NCBI GenBank assembly: GCA_951406725.2
Contig: OX597823.1
Location: 63,984,001 to 64,048,000 of the forward strand
Length of the DNA stretch: 64,000 nucleotides
Direction of reading: 5' to 3'
Source of the DNA: Octopus vulgaris
Taxonomy: Eukaryota
Shown: positions 12,600 through 26,358 of the stretch, piece by piece
Numbering within the stretch: the stretch's first letter is position 1
How the letters are laid out: each line of letters starts with the position of its first letter
Notes under the pieces: model-generated
Database searches by the model: none
What the model was told of the DNA's origin: nothing
The model's input: only the letters and a program-made list of their open reading frames with translations
Translations under genes and position numbers: made by a program

Positions 12600-12968
12600 T
12601 TCTTTTATCTTTTATTCTTTTACTTGTTTTTGTCATTTGACTGCCTTTTAGTTGAACAAATTGACCCCCAGGACTTATTCTGTAAGCCTAGTACTCAGTC
12701 TATCGGTCTCTTTTGCCGAACTACTAAGTTACAGGGTTGTAAACACACCAACATAGGTTGTCAAGCAATAGTGGGGGGGAAAGTCACAGATTAACACACA
12801 CACACACACACACATATACGACGGGCTTCTTTCAGTTTCCGTCTACTAAATCTACTCACAAGACTTTGGTCAGCCTGAGGCTATAGTTGAAGACACTTGC
12901 CCAAGGTGACACGAAGTGGGACCATGCGGTTGGTAAGCAAGTTACCACACAGCCATGCCTGCACCTAT
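12600..12968 (-). mobile_element. SINE family A
   Basis: Reverse complement of the family A sequence. Confidence 0.85.
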
Positions 12969-12985
12969 ATCAATATATATATATA

Positions 12986-14268
12986 TTAGGTTATCCGGAA
13001 AGTTTGTTCTGATTGATAGAAGCTTATCTTTTGACTTATTTTAGACATGGTTGAGTCAATAAAATAGGATTTGACTACATCTCCATTTAGAGCACAGTTT
13101 AAGCTATCTTTTCATGGAAGAAGGTTTAAGTTCCTATAACCTGTGTTAATTCTGTAACCCTTTAAAATGGAAGATAAGAAAGTTCATTTTTGGCATTTGA
13201 TGCTTTTCTTTTTCTGTAAATGGAAAAATACTTCTCAAGCAACCAAAGAAATATGCGCAGTTTACGGTGATGTTTCTGTATCCGGAAAAACTGTATGGAA
13301 GTGCTTCCCAAGGTTCTGAGCTGGAGATTGTAGCCTTATTGATAAAGAGCAATCAGGCAGACCGTCCACTACAGATGATGACCAAATCAAGTCATTAATT
13401 GAGAATAACCCACATTGCACAACCCGAGAATTGGCAGAAAGCCTCAACCTATCAAAATTCATTGTTCATGAACACCTGGTAAAGCTTGGGTACACAAATC
13501 ACTACAATGTTTGGGTACCTCATGAATTGAGTGAGAAGAACCTTTTGGATCGCATTTCTATCTGTGATTTGTTTTATAAACGGAATGAAAACGCGCTTTT
13601 TTTAAAGCAAATTGTAACAGTTGATGAGAAATGGATTATTTACCAAAATGTTCAGAGAAAGCGATCCTGGAGTAAGTGACATGAGCCACCCTTAGTCACC
13701 CCAAAAACGGGTCTTCACCCTAAAAAAGTTTTGCTTTGTGTCAGGTGGGATTGGAAAGGAATTCTGTACTATGAGCTTCTCCCAAGTAACCAGACAATTA
13801 ATTCTGAGAAATACTGCACACAACTGGACGAGTTAAAAGCAGCAATTCACGAGAAATGTTCAGAATTGGCCAACAGGAAGGGTGTTGTTTTTCAACATGA
13901 TAATGCAAGACAGCTTCTTTCTTTGGGAACCAGACAAAAATTGCTGCAGCTCGGCTGGGATGTGTTACCCCACCCTCCATATTCACCAGATATTGCTCCT
14001 TTGGATTTCCACTTATTCAGGTCTCTGCAGAATAGTCTTAATGGTAAAAATTTCAATTCCTTGGATGACGTAAAAAGATATCTTGATGAATTCTTTGCCA
14101 TGAAACCACCTCAATTATGGGAAGAGGGTATTTTCAAGTTAAAGGTAAGATGGAGATGCATTGTGCAACAAAATAGTTCATATTTGGTTGATTAAAAATG
14201 TAATGGCAAGTATTTATTGACCTTTTTCTTTCCTTTAAAAATTGGCACAAACTTTCCGGACAATCCAA
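12986..14268 (+). mobile_element. Full-length mariner transposon (mellifera-subfamily-like, DD34D), 1283 bp
   Basis: Imperfect ~29-bp TIRs TTAGGTTATCCGGAAAGTTTG / CAAACTTTCCGGACAATCCAA; TA on both flanks; transposase motifs inside. Confidence 0.95.
13167..14195 (+). pseudogene. Mariner transposase pseudogene (single frame, two premature TGA)
   Basis: MEDKKVHF...SGRP...WVPHEL...TVDEKW...HDNA...YSPDIAPLD; stops at 13317-13319 and 13677-13679. Confidence 0.93.
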
Positions 14269-14393
14269 TATATGTATATATATATAATTAATGAAAAAAA
14301 CGGAGTTAAAACGGACAACATGAAAAAAGCAACAATGAAAGGACATGGTACATACAAAGTGTTAATAAGATGCTCAGAGAAGGAAACACAAGG

Positions 14394-14430
14394 TGTTTTA
14401 CTTTTCAAGCAAAGCTCTTCTTCAGAAACA
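14394..14430 (-). ncRNA. Minimal hammerhead ribozyme motif (short helix II family)
   Basis: TGTTT-CTGAAGA-A-GAGC TTT GCTT-GAAA-AG-TA-AAACA. Confidence 0.6.
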
Positions 14431-14482
14431 GGAATCAGAGGAAAGTCAAAGAGAAAAGGAAGATGGAGGAAAAATCGCCATA

Positions 14483-14525
<43 letters not shown>

Positions 14526-15189
14526 GTACGTACGTACGTACGTACGAACAACAAGCAAATGCATTAGTTTGATGCTCAGGAAAATGAAAGACTCTTTTAC
14601 TTTTTGAGCCTATGCTCTTCAGCAGAAAGGAATAAGAAGAAATAAACTGAGAGGGAATGAAAAACTTGCAGATTTCAGGGAGGGCCATACATATATGTAT
14701 ATACATATATATATACATACACAAACATGCACACACACACACATATAATATAAATATGTTACAAAAAGAAAATAGAAACTACATGTGGAAATGTAAGCGG
14801 AAAGTAAGAAGAAAAATAAATGAAAATATTGGAAATCAAAAAGAAGTAAAGGCTTTTTATGAAAATTAGATGAACTGAGGTAGGAATAAAAGTAATAAAA
14901 GTCATTATTGTGAATTGTTAAAGAGATTCAAATATATTATATAAAACCCATTTATGTCTACCTTACTTTCTCACTCTATTTACACAATTACATACTATCT
15001 GTCACTTCAATAAGAATACACCATTCAAAATACTGCCAAAATACTGCTTCAATTTACCTGGAATTTTAACTCTTCTGACCAACATCCATATCCTCTGGAA
15101 AAAGATGAGTTGTGAACATAATTCTCCCACCTGTATTTTACTTTTACTCTTTATTCTTCCATTTACTCCTTTATTCTTCCATTTTATTA

Positions 15190-15403
15190 CTCTTTTTACT
15201 CTTTTACTTGTTACTGTCATTTGACTGTGACCATGCTGGAGCACCGCCTTTAGTCGAGCAAATTGACCCCAAGACTCATTCTTTGTAAGCCTAGTACTTA
15301 TTCTATTGGTCTCTTTTGCCGAACTGCTAAGTTATGGGGATGTAAACACACCACCATCGATGTCAAGCGATGTTGGGGTATAAACACAGACACACAAACA
15401 CAT

Positions 15404-15444
<41 letters not shown>

Positions 15445-15590
15445 TGTATAGAAATCCACGCACAAGGCTTTGGTCGGCCCAAGGCTATAGTAGAAGACAC
15501 TTGCTCAAGGTGCCATGCAGTGGGACTGAACCTGGAACCATGTGGTTCGTAAGCAAGCTACTTACCACTCAGAGCCACTCCTATGCCTCC
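15190..15590 (-). mobile_element. SINE family A with small internal deletion
   Basis: Reverse complement of the family A sequence. Confidence 0.85.
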
Positions 15591-15660
15591 TTATAAACTG
15601 TGAATACATTTTATTCCTTGTAAACTGTAAATTTTCCCTGTTTAAAATATTCATACCTTT

Positions 15661-15733
15661 TCTCTGATGATGGAATATCCAGCATGTGGATATCCTAACC
15701 TACCTTGGGTTATCCCAGAAAAAGGCTGTAAGA
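15661..15733 (+). ncRNA. Degenerate hammerhead ribozyme motif (long helix II family)
   Basis: TCT-CTGATGA-TGGAATA...TATCCCA-GAAA-AAGGCTG-TA-AGA. Confidence 0.5.
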
Positions 15734-16218
15734 CTTCAAATTCACCTTATCCTAATTAAATTATCCTAAATGATCTGAGATACTTGTTCTGCCTTGGTTT
15801 TGCTTTCCCCTCTAATATGATATATACCTGCTATAATGGAACCCTAATGTGGATCCCTAGTTCCAACCTCAGCTGTGAACTTGGAACCTAACAGACAACC
15901 AACTATAGCACTTACTCATTTAGAGTAAAGTCCTTATATTCTACATGTGTGTGTGTGTGTTTGTGTAACTTCCATGTTGAGTTGAATTTTCCTATTTGTA
16001 TCACCAAACACACACACATGCACATGCACACATACATGTGCACATATATAATTTATGGTTAGAAAGCTTGCCTCACGACTATGTGAACTTGCAGCACATT
16101 GGGCAAGTGGTTTTTTTCTTATGACTCCTGTTCAAAGACTTGTGAATGAATCTGAGAGACAGAAACTGAAATAAAGCTGTCATACAATGTATATGCATGT
16201 GTGTGAGTGTGAGTGAGT

Positions 16219-16264
<46 letters not shown>

Positions 16265-16614
16265 CTTTGCCTAGGCATCAAATAATGGTTGTCAATGTGC
16301 ATTGTTGTCATACAAGTGAGGTTCTACATTTCCAGTGATTTATTAAAAATATGTCTAGGGGTTGGGAGCAAGATTATCCTGCTCAGAAGCTGTTGAAGGT
16401 TGGTGACTGGAAGGGCATTTATCCAAAGGAAAAATCTGTCTCAACAAATTCTGTATCCTCCATGCAAGAACGGAAATGTGAATGTTAAATGATACATACA
16501 CACACATACACACGCACTCACATAAATATATATAGATACTGTGATCTCTTGAGCACCACCAGCAAAAATATTTTTTTCCCCTGTCTTCCCTTCTCGGGAT
16601 CTTTCCTTCTCCTT

Positions 16615-16649
16615 GTTTCCGACGAAGAGCTCCGCTCGAAACGTTAAAC
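16615..16649 (+). ncRNA. Minimal hammerhead ribozyme motif, C4 variant, in a Penelope-type terminal fragment (~16538-16750)
   Basis: GTTT-CCGACGA-A-GAGC TCC GCTC-GAAA-CG-TT-AAAC; flanks resemble the reverse complement of 14290-14480. Confidence 0.65.
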
Positions 16650-16939
16650 CCTCCTTCCCTTCTTTCCTGAGCGTCAAATAATACTTTAATTATTCCACGT
16701 CCTCGCGTTGCTGTGTTTTTTTCTGTGTTTTCTTGTTTGGATTAACTTTAGTTACATATATGTCTATACGTCAATATTTATACAAGCACACACACACACT
16801 CACGTGCACACATACACATACACACACACTTGACACACACATATTTAGAGAAAGTAAATGAAAGTGAAGAGAAAGAAAGGAGAAAATTAGATTAGGTATG
16901 AGTATTCATACATATGTATGCATATAAGTATATATATAT

Positions 16940-17442
<503 letters not shown>

Positions 17443-17951
17443 TAAGTATATAAATATGCATATAATTCAGCATTAAAATTGTTTCGACATATCTTGATTA
17501 AGAAGACAATGAAATCACTCGAAAAACAATAAAATGTAAAACTTAAAAAACTAAAAACTATAATAAAAAAAACAGAAAAGCACCCCCCTTCCCCCTCCCC
17601 GTAAACTCTAAATACAAAAAATAAATAAAATAAAAATAAAATAACAATCTCCAGATAATATTCTAATGAAAATTGGTATTGTTACAATTTCTTTTCGTTT
17701 CCTTCATATCTTCCATTCTGTTGCATTGTGCTTCTGTTTCCGTGAAATGAATTGAAATATAATGTTGATTTATTGTGTTTGTCAGATAAGAAGATGAACC
17801 TGTCAGCTGAAATGTATATATATTTTGTACTTCACTGACGGACTGATTATAGACTGACTAATTGAGTGGATGTGATTTGTTTGCCTGGTTTTTTTTTAGC
17901 TTATTTTATCTTATTGTGTTTGCTGGTTTCTAGAGAGCAGAGGAGGAAATA

Positions 17952-17989
<38 letters not shown>

Positions 17990-18062
17990 AACTACAACTA
18001 CAACAACTACTACTACTACTACAATCACCACCACCTCCACCACCACTGATAATTATAATAAC

Positions 18063-18286
18063 GGTTTCAAATTTTGCCACAATGGCAGCAATTTTAAGGG
18101 GTGGTGGTGGTGGGAGGAGTCGATTATATTGACTCCAAGTGTTCAACTGATACTTTATTTATCGACCCTGAAAAGATGAAAGGTAAAGTCAAACTCTGTG
18201 GAATTTGAACTCAGAGCATCAAGGTGGATGAAATGGTGCTAAGCATTTTGCCCATCATGCTAACAAATCTGTCAGCTCTCTGCCTT
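18063..18286 (-). mobile_element. SINE family D (possible Meta-domain-like centre)
   Basis: Minus-strand head AAGGCAGAGAGCTGACAG...GAGTTCAAATTCC then CTTTCATCTTTTCAGGGTCGATAAAT. Other copies near 19185, 21558, 26561, 36870, 47295, 47880, 48155, 51640. Confidence 0.75.
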
Positions 18287-18287
18287 T

Positions 18288-18331
<44 letters not shown>

Positions 18332-18342
18332 TAATAATAATA

Positions 18343-18397
<55 letters not shown>

Positions 18398-18444
18398 TGA
18401 TGATAATGATAATAATGATAATAATGATAATAAGAATAACAATA

Positions 18445-18786
18445 AGTAGTGTGGGAGCACCATAGCCATGTGTTGAGAGGAATTCTTTGGAGTGTGAGTA
18501 ATTCACCTCTGGAAATATGGGTGTTTTGTTCAACATCTATAAATAACCCTTATTCAGGGACTTTTTAAATTGGATGGGCTACTCAACCCGAAGAAGATTC
18601 TAACTGGGCCCCACCTGAAAGTCATGCACTGTTTATCTTGATATGAGATCACCATGTTGCACACATGTGGCTGTGATGCATGTGCCTAGTGTACTCTTAT
18701 TGGATGGGTAGTCATGATGAGTATACTGAGCTTCATATATTTGTACCCCAGTGTCACTTTGATGGCATGCACTGCTCTCTCATTAA
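18445..18786 (+). mobile_element. Family F non-autonomous element (truncated), in (TAA)n
   Basis: Reverse complement of 46032-46372; flanked by AAT repeats. Confidence 0.8.
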
Positions 18787-18817
18787 ATAATAACAATGAT
18801 AATATTAATAATAATAA

Positions 18818-19180
18818 CAAGAGCACTCAGAGAGTGCAAACCTCCACCAAGGTAATATCAATGTCCTCTCAATGATTAGCAACAAGAGATGATTTTCAAA
18901 ATGAGAATATCTTAAATATATTGAACTGCTCTCACAAACAAGAATACTAAAAATGAACCCAACTGCTCTCATAAATTATGTGAAAAAAACCCAAAAAAAC
19001 CCAGAAAAATAATGCACAATCCTTCTCTGGTACCAGATTGATGCCAAAATCTAATCAGTTTGTGTCAGTTACAAGGTCAAACATCCGAATCCATCTAGCA
19101 GTTCTTGAGATATCTTGTCCATGGACAAACAAACAAACATGACTGAAAACAAAACCCAGCCTCTGCTAAAGTGGAGGTAA
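18818..19180 (-). mobile_element. Helentron-associated non-autonomous element (HINE/DINE-1-like)
   Basis: Subterminal inverted repeats ACCTCCAC / GTGGAGGT, terminal stem-loop GCACTC-AGA-GAGTGC, internal AAAC repeats, A-rich flanks. Confidence 0.6.
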
Positions 19181-19398
19181 TAATGGTTTCAAATTTTGGC
19201 CCAACTCAGCAATTTCGCGGTAGGGGTTATATTAATTACATCAGTCCCAGTGTTCAACTGGTACTTATTTTATTGACCCTGATAGGTTGAAAGGCAATGC
19301 TGACCCTGGTGGAATCTGAACTCAGAATGTAATGCCACTATGCATTTTACTTGGCATGCTAACAATTCTGTTTGCTCATTGCCTTACAACTAATAACG

Positions 19399-19456
<58 letters not shown>

Positions 19457-19989
19457 TAATAATAATAATGATAAAAACTAATTATGATAATAATGAAAAA
19501 GTGCTGTCAAAGTGTCTCAAATTTGAAATATTAAATAAATAATTGCATAAATAAATAGAGAAGTTTAATAACTGAAAATTGGATAAACAAAAGTTATATA
19601 AAAATTAAACATATGAATTTAAATTAAATAAATAAAAATTAAGTATATGGAAAATCTAATAAGTGAGAATTAAATAGATACTCATCAGTTAAATTGAATA
19701 AACAGGAATTAAATAAACAAAATTAAATAAAAATTAAAATAATAAAAAAAAAATTAATAGATTAAACAATAAATAAATGAAACATGGAAGGGAGCATAGA
19801 AAGATAAATAAATAGAAAATAAACATCTGAAAATTTAATAAGCAAAAATTGAATAAATAAAATTTAAATAAATATTAAGAAATGAATAAATAAAAATTTA
19901 ATGTGCAGATTTAATCCTGACAATTTGATTTCTATACCATACTCTTTAGTTTAATTTTTAATCTAGTACTTTGTTAAATTGGCAAAGAA

Positions 19990-20027
<38 letters not shown>

Positions 20028-20056
20028 TCATGTAACAAAGATATATACATACATAT

Positions 20057-20114
<58 letters not shown>

Positions 20115-20394
20115 ATCTTCATAACATAACTAATGTTGTGGTTGTTGAACACCAGGTCAACTTTAATTAAGCTGTTCTATGATCAAAGGTGTTCAGATCC
20201 AATCACTCTGTCATTTGTTATATCTCTGGAGCCGTATTATTTTTGATGACACCATTCTTTTTTGTTTTTGTGGCACTAGAGTGTAATTTAAGTGACTTAA
20301 ACAACTCTTTCTATCAGGTCAAGCAATCAATCTGAAAGCGGCCCCCTCCATAGTTCTTAGACTCAATCATCATCATCATCATCGTCATCATCAT

Positions 20395-21470
20395 TGAAGA
20401 CATCACACTGTATCCAATACTGTGATGTTGTAGATTGAAAATATTGTATACCAGGGACTTGTCTGTCAGATCACAAGGACCTCAGACAGACAGTACCTTA
20501 TGCAGTATATGTGCAGACCCAAGTAAAGTTAGTTTATGCAATATACCACGATTAGGGTGTATTTCCAAAGTATTCACTTATTTCTTCAGGTTTAGTGGTA
20601 TTGAATCTAATGTTCCAGTGACAACAGAGACAACCTTTATGTTTGATTCTCTCAGCAGCCACATCCAGGCAATCTCAATTTTCTAGTCTCCATATTTGTC
20701 AACTGTTTATCTTTTCTTTCATGACAATATATTGATCTTTCTGGCACTTCCATGTCAATTATTAGGCACTCTTGTTTGTCTTTTTTAAAGGCTACTGTAT
20801 CTGGCCTTTGGTACTCTAACACTTTGTCTGTCTGGCAGTCAAAATACCGTAGGATCTTTGCCTTCCTGTTTTTGGCGATTACCTTTCCTGGTATATGATG
20901 GTACCAATTACTCATTATTTCGTATCCTTACTTCGGACACAATAGCCAGTGAAAGTTTAAGGCTCCCTTGTCATGTCTGTACTTGCACCCTTCTTTTGCA
21001 AGACTTTCACAAGTTCTAACAATGTGTCACACTTTTGACCTTCTTCCCACACATTCTGCAGAGGTTCGTTGCACTTGTGTGGTATATATCTCTTTTCACT
21101 GAGTTGGTATTCAATGCCTGGTCCTGGGCAGCAATGAAAAGGCTTTCAGTTCTCTTTTTAAGATCACCTTTGCTGAGCCACACCCACGATGCTTCCTGGT
21201 CTTTCAGATTGTTAGTTTCATGTGGAACTGACCATGTAATTCTGTGCTATTCATTAGCACTCTCAACTCCATTGTAAATCTTTCAACATTAGCAGTATAC
21301 TGTAGCAGATCTTGCTTGCTGTTTACCGAATGCTCTGTCAAGTTTCTTCTTTCACTTTTGATGCACTCCATACTCTATCAGATCACATCAACCTTTACCC
21401 TACTTCATGTACAGCTTGTGAACATTTGCCTTTGGATGATGACCCTGCATTGTCATCATCTTTAGGGTAG
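20395..21470 (-). mobile_element. R4/Dong-clade non-LTR retrotransposon 3' fragment (CCHC knuckle + restriction-like endonuclease)
   Basis: TESLFIAAQDQALNT, CRMC...THIV..C...RHD, QTDKVLEYQRPDTV...CLIIDMEVP; 3' end runs into (TGA)n. Confidence 0.85.
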
Positions 21471-22149
21471 TGTGGTTGAGTTGATCAAAAAGTGTATTTT
21501 TTCTTTATATCTATATGTTTTATCTTTTTAATTCATTTTTTATTTCCTTAAACCATTGGTTTCAAATTCCGGCACAAGGGCAGCAATTTCAGGGAGAGAT
21601 TAGTCAATTACATTGACCATACTTTTCAATTGACACTAATTAATCGGCTCCAAAGGGATGAAAGTCAAAGCTGACCTTGGTGGAATTTGAACTCAGAACT
21701 TAGACATATGAAATGCCACTAAGCATTTTGTTTGGCCTGCTAATGATTTTTCCAGCTCACTGCATTATATCTGTCAAACGTATTTAAACAAAGTAAATAA
21801 GGAATACCCTCTAAGTTCATTTAATTATATCTAAAAGTACAGTTTTGAATAAATGGTAGGATTTCAAAGGAACTTTTAAAAATTCTTTGCTTATTTTTGA
21901 TATACGAACATAAGGTTTTCTAATATGTTAACTTACACATTTGAATTTCTATGGGTCCTTCTAGATGCTATAATTACCCTTCCCAATCATCTGTCAATCT
22001 TTTCTTATATTTCTCTTCTTGTAACACCTCATTATCATCACCTTTTTCTCTCCTTTCAGATGAGGCAGGCATTTATCTCCTCTTTGATTAGACACTTGTT
22101 CCTCTCCCACTATCTTACTTTTTCATGTCAGCACATAGGATAAAGCTAC

Positions 22150-23620
22150 CTCCCACTCTATTACAACTTCCACCTCATGCAATACATCATAGAGAAAGTG
22201 GATGAAGAACCTGGAACAAGTAGGGCCCTGATCAATTTAAATCAGTCTGAAGCTTTCAGTAGGATTGACCTTCTATACTTGGTGGCAGTCCTCAAGGTAG
22301 CCAGTTTTTGGTCTGTATTCAGGGGCTGGATTGCTGCAATGCACGACATCTGTTCAGTGATCAGAGTGAACAGTCACCTCTCAGAACCATTCAACATTAT
22401 GCACTCAGACTGCCCAGATTGCCCTCCCCATATCCCTGTTGTACATACTGTCTCTTAGTACAATACTACACAAGCTGGAGATCTTGAGGAGTATCTTTTG
22501 TAAACTAGTATGTGGGAGATCTATGTTGGCACATACCAATGACGTCACCAAGCACATTGAGATAATTGGCACCACTCTCAGGGACTCTGAGACAGAATCA
22601 GCAGTGAAAATTAGCCAGGAAAGGTCTGTGGACTTGTGGCTCAGCACTTGGAGAAGCAAATCCATGCCACCCAACTGTTGAGTGCTGGATGGACAGACTG
22701 GTTAAATTGCTTAGGGTCTGGTTTGGTCTGGACCTCCAGATGGACAAAAACTGGGATGAGGTAATGAGCAGGATGGCTACTTTCACTCAGAAATGGGCCA
22801 AGAGGAAGCTAACATGTATATCATCTCCCTCATCTATTATTGCTCGACTATCGTGCCTTGTATCCAGTCCCCATCTGATTGCAATGGAGCATGTAATCTT
22901 TTTCTTCTTGTGGAAGGGATGTGTTCCTATGGTCAGGTGGCCATAATAACTGCTGCATGGTGAACTGAGCATGCCATGGTTGATGATTCACAAATATGCA
23001 CTGAGGCTACATCTCCAGCACTTCCTTGATGGTAAACAAGTTTCCAGACACATATTTTCCTTGCTGGTCTCTTTGACAGTGTTGCAGTCCTGGGTCAAAC
23101 AAAAACCAAGAGAAGACATTTGGAAAGTGGAATGTCTTCAAGCACTCACAGCCCTCAGTGAGTTGGACACTATGATAGGTTGAAAGTCCACTTTAGCATT
23201 CTATAGAAGATTAAGGGCAGGAAAATGCGACATTTTTGTGGGAAGCTTGGGCAGCAATGACAATCAGCTAGCTGCTCTCTTTGGCGAACATTCAGCCTGG
23301 AGCTGATAGATAACTTACAGAAATTCCTCGTCAAACAGTGCTACCAGGGAGCTTTGCTTGTTCGAGATAAACTTTTCAGGCATGGAAGTGTTGTTGGCTG
23401 AACATGTCCAAGATGCATGTAGAGCAACAAAACTATCCTGCATGTACTTGTCCAGTCCCTGAACATTGCTGACCTATAGATTTATGTTGAACACCTGCTG
23501 TTACATATGGGATGGGTTTGGCTATCAACTGAATCCATTCTGAAGGTTGCTCGGCTGCCTTCATTTAGCCAGGAAGGGCAGGTAGTTTTTATATGCCTGG
23601 GTTGACATGGCGAAAAAGGT
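22150..23620 (+). mobile_element. Decayed L1/Tx1-clade LINE ORF2 fragment (RT and C-terminal knuckle)
   Basis: ALINLNQSEAFSRIDLLYL (LDQxKAFDRVD-like), FRGWIAAM, AHTNDVT (YADD-like), AVKISQERS, VKLLRVWFG, CPRC. Confidence 0.85.
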
Positions 23621-23649
23621 TGTATTGAGGATGATGTACCTGAAACAGT

Positions 23650-24515
23650 CGACAAAGATAAGATCTAGGAATGGACTAGGAAAAGCGACTTGAAAGTTGA
23701 AACTGAAGCCCTCATCTTTGCAGTCCCAAAACAGGCACTGATAATGAACTATATCAAGTTCAATTTTGACAAGTCAGTGACTTCCCCACTTTGTATGTTG
23801 TGCAATGAGAAAGGTGAAACAATAAACCATATTATTAATGAATGTAAGATGCTCATGCCAAAAGAATACAAGAGAAGGCACGACATCATTGCCAAATTGC
23901 TTCACTGGAAGCACTGTTATAAGTTTGACATGAGCAGAAGTGAGAAATGGTATGAGCACCAACTCGAAAGGTTTACTGAAAACAAACAATTTAAGATCTT
24001 GTGGGATATGACCATCCATTTTATTGTGCTGCTGTTGCTTAGCGAGTGGGATTGACTCAGTGCACAGCCTTTCCTCACTTGAAATCCTGATGTTGTTGTA
24101 AAAAAGATGAAGAACAAATCCATTATTGTGGATAGTTTCACCATGGGGCCACAGGGTGAATGAGAAGGAAAGTGAGAAAGCAGAGAAATATCAAGACCTG
24201 AAGAGGGAAATCAGGAAACTATGGAGAATCAGGCACATAGAAGTGGTACTGATTGTGGTTGGCACGCCGAGAGCAGTTGGTAAAAGGTTGGATGTAGGGC
24301 TTTGGAAGCTTGGAATTAGCATCAGAATGGGATTGTTGCAAAAACAGCCTTGTTAAGAGCAGCAAGGATTCTAAGGAAGGTGTTAGAAATTTGAAGGAGA
24401 AGGAATGACCCAAAGGGCTTTTGGCCATTTGATATGGCTCACTCTTTTGGTACAGTATCAGTATAACATCTGCCAGAGCAAAAACATCAATGAAAACAAT
24501 AATAGTAATAATGAT
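23650..24515 (+). mobile_element. R4/Dong-clade non-LTR retrotransposon 3' fragment
   Basis: ETEALIFAVPKQAL, CMLC..ETINHIINEC, YKRRHD, KILWD, PDVV, KAEKYQDLKREI; ends in AAT-type repeats. Confidence 0.9.
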
Positions 24516-25529
24516 GTCTTTATTGGCTGCAAAGGGTTTACATCAAGCGAAACATTATGGACAGTACAGGACAAAACATTGAATGAGTGTGTGTATGTGT
24601 GTGTATGTGTGTGCATGTGTGTTGTTATGAGGGTTTTTGCATGAAAACAGGTTTAATGAGAAAAAGGGAAAGCAATAACATTTTGGGTTTGTGTAATCTT
24701 CAATAGGAAGATATTCAAGGGCTGCTCAGGGAAAACCACAGAAAACCACAGAAAACCATGTATCAGGAGGATCCCATCCTTATCACATATTTTTTCCTTG
24801 GTGTCATACACTGTATATACTTCACTTCTTTTAATGAATACCGTATATACTTTTCCTTCTTTTTTCTTTTCTTTTTTATCATTCCATTGTATATAAACTG
24901 CCACACTTTATGTCTGTGTCTGTATTGCCCCCCCCCCATCATCATTTGGCCTTGTGGCAAATAAAAGAAATCATGATGATGATGATGATGATGATGATGA
25001 TCATCATCATCATCATCATTATTATCATTATGTTTATTAGATTTCGGAAATGGTGCGGAGATAACAGCAAAAACAACAACAATAACAATGGCAGCGTTTA
25101 TTCTGATAGGTTTGAACTTGTCAGATATAACAATGTTAAAAGTTAAAAGTCTATCATGTTTGAAATATTAAATAAATATAAATTAAATACACAAAATTAA
25201 GCCTGACATTTTGATTTCAATATCATATTTTCTTTTATGATCTGTGGCTTTATTAAACTGTCAGAGAAGAAACAAAGTATTTAATATATTTTTGATGCCA
25301 CTTAGCTGAGGGCAACTAGATTCAGCTACAAGTGGCGGATTATGCTACTTTTCAAGATTACATGATACTCTTTTAAAGAGGCTCCCTGCCACTTTAATAT
25401 AGCAAGTTTTAAATTTACAATTCCTGTGGAATATCGTATAAAGTTATCAACTGGATAAATTATATCCAACATACAAGCAATATTTATGTATGGATGTATA
25501 AATGTGTGCATGTGTGTGTACATATGTAA

Positions 25530-26056
25530 CATGTAACCCAGTACAACCTGTTGCATGGTCGGGTCGTCGGTGACTAAACCGGCAACCCCACCAAGCTTGC
25601 TTGGTGAGGAGAGTGTTTATAGGACACCGTGCAGGAGGAAAAACAAAACCCGTCAAAGGACGGAGGAACTCTTGAGAGTCAACGGCCATCCAATAAATGT
25701 CTTAAGGCTGTATCATGCGCGGGGACATAGAAATAATCGGACTGAATACTCGATTGTGTGGTTAAACCATTGGGAGTGAAGGACTCCTAGCCTTTGATAG
25801 GGCATCCTTCTAGGAGAAGGTAACTCAGGTAACTGGGATAACTCCGACATAAGACCTGCGGCTCAGTAGTTACCGATGATGTTGACTTGTTCTTCTTTTC
25901 GGATTATGGCTGCTGTTGCTTAGTGAGTGAGATTGACTCAGTGTACAGCCTTTCCTCACTTTAAAAAAAAATCTTCTTGCACAGGCATTGCACGATAGCA
26001 ACATTGATTAAGCTTCGCGCAATGGCCATACTCAATAACGAGGGGGCAGCCACCAT
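25530..26056 (+). mobile_element. GC-richer non-autonomous element with RTE 5'-UTR-like motifs
   Basis: GGGCATCCTTCTAGGAGAAGGTAACTC...AAGACCTGCGGC resembles RTE leaders; a 60-nt piece recurs at 24021-24083. Confidence 0.5.
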
Positions 26057-26071
26057 GCATGTATAAAAAGG

Positions 26072-26358
26072 GTAAAGTCTCCTTTCAGTCACAAATGACT
26101 ATAGGATTACACCTAGAAAGTTCCCCTCTGAGGCACAAGTCTGGACAAGGTTGTTTTGTGGAAGACCAGCCATTGCTCATGCATACCAGCCCCACTTCTC
26201 CATGCCACTGATGTTATCCAAGAGAAAGGCAAAGGCCAATACAGCTTGGTACCAGTGTTGTTACAGCTCATTTCTACAGCTGAGAAAATTGAAACAATGT
26301 GAAATAAAAGCAACTCATTTCTACAGCTGAATGAACTGGAGCAACATGAGATAAAGTT
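26072..26358 (-). mobile_element. SINE family E, 3' part with internal duplication
   Basis: Matches 50545-50790; CTCATTTCTACAGCTGA segment duplicated. Confidence 0.75.

Noticed and set aside
13317-13679. In-frame TGA codons as selenocysteine or readthrough
   Set aside because: They fall at likely Arg (CGA) positions in a decaying mariner that has other inactivating substitutions.
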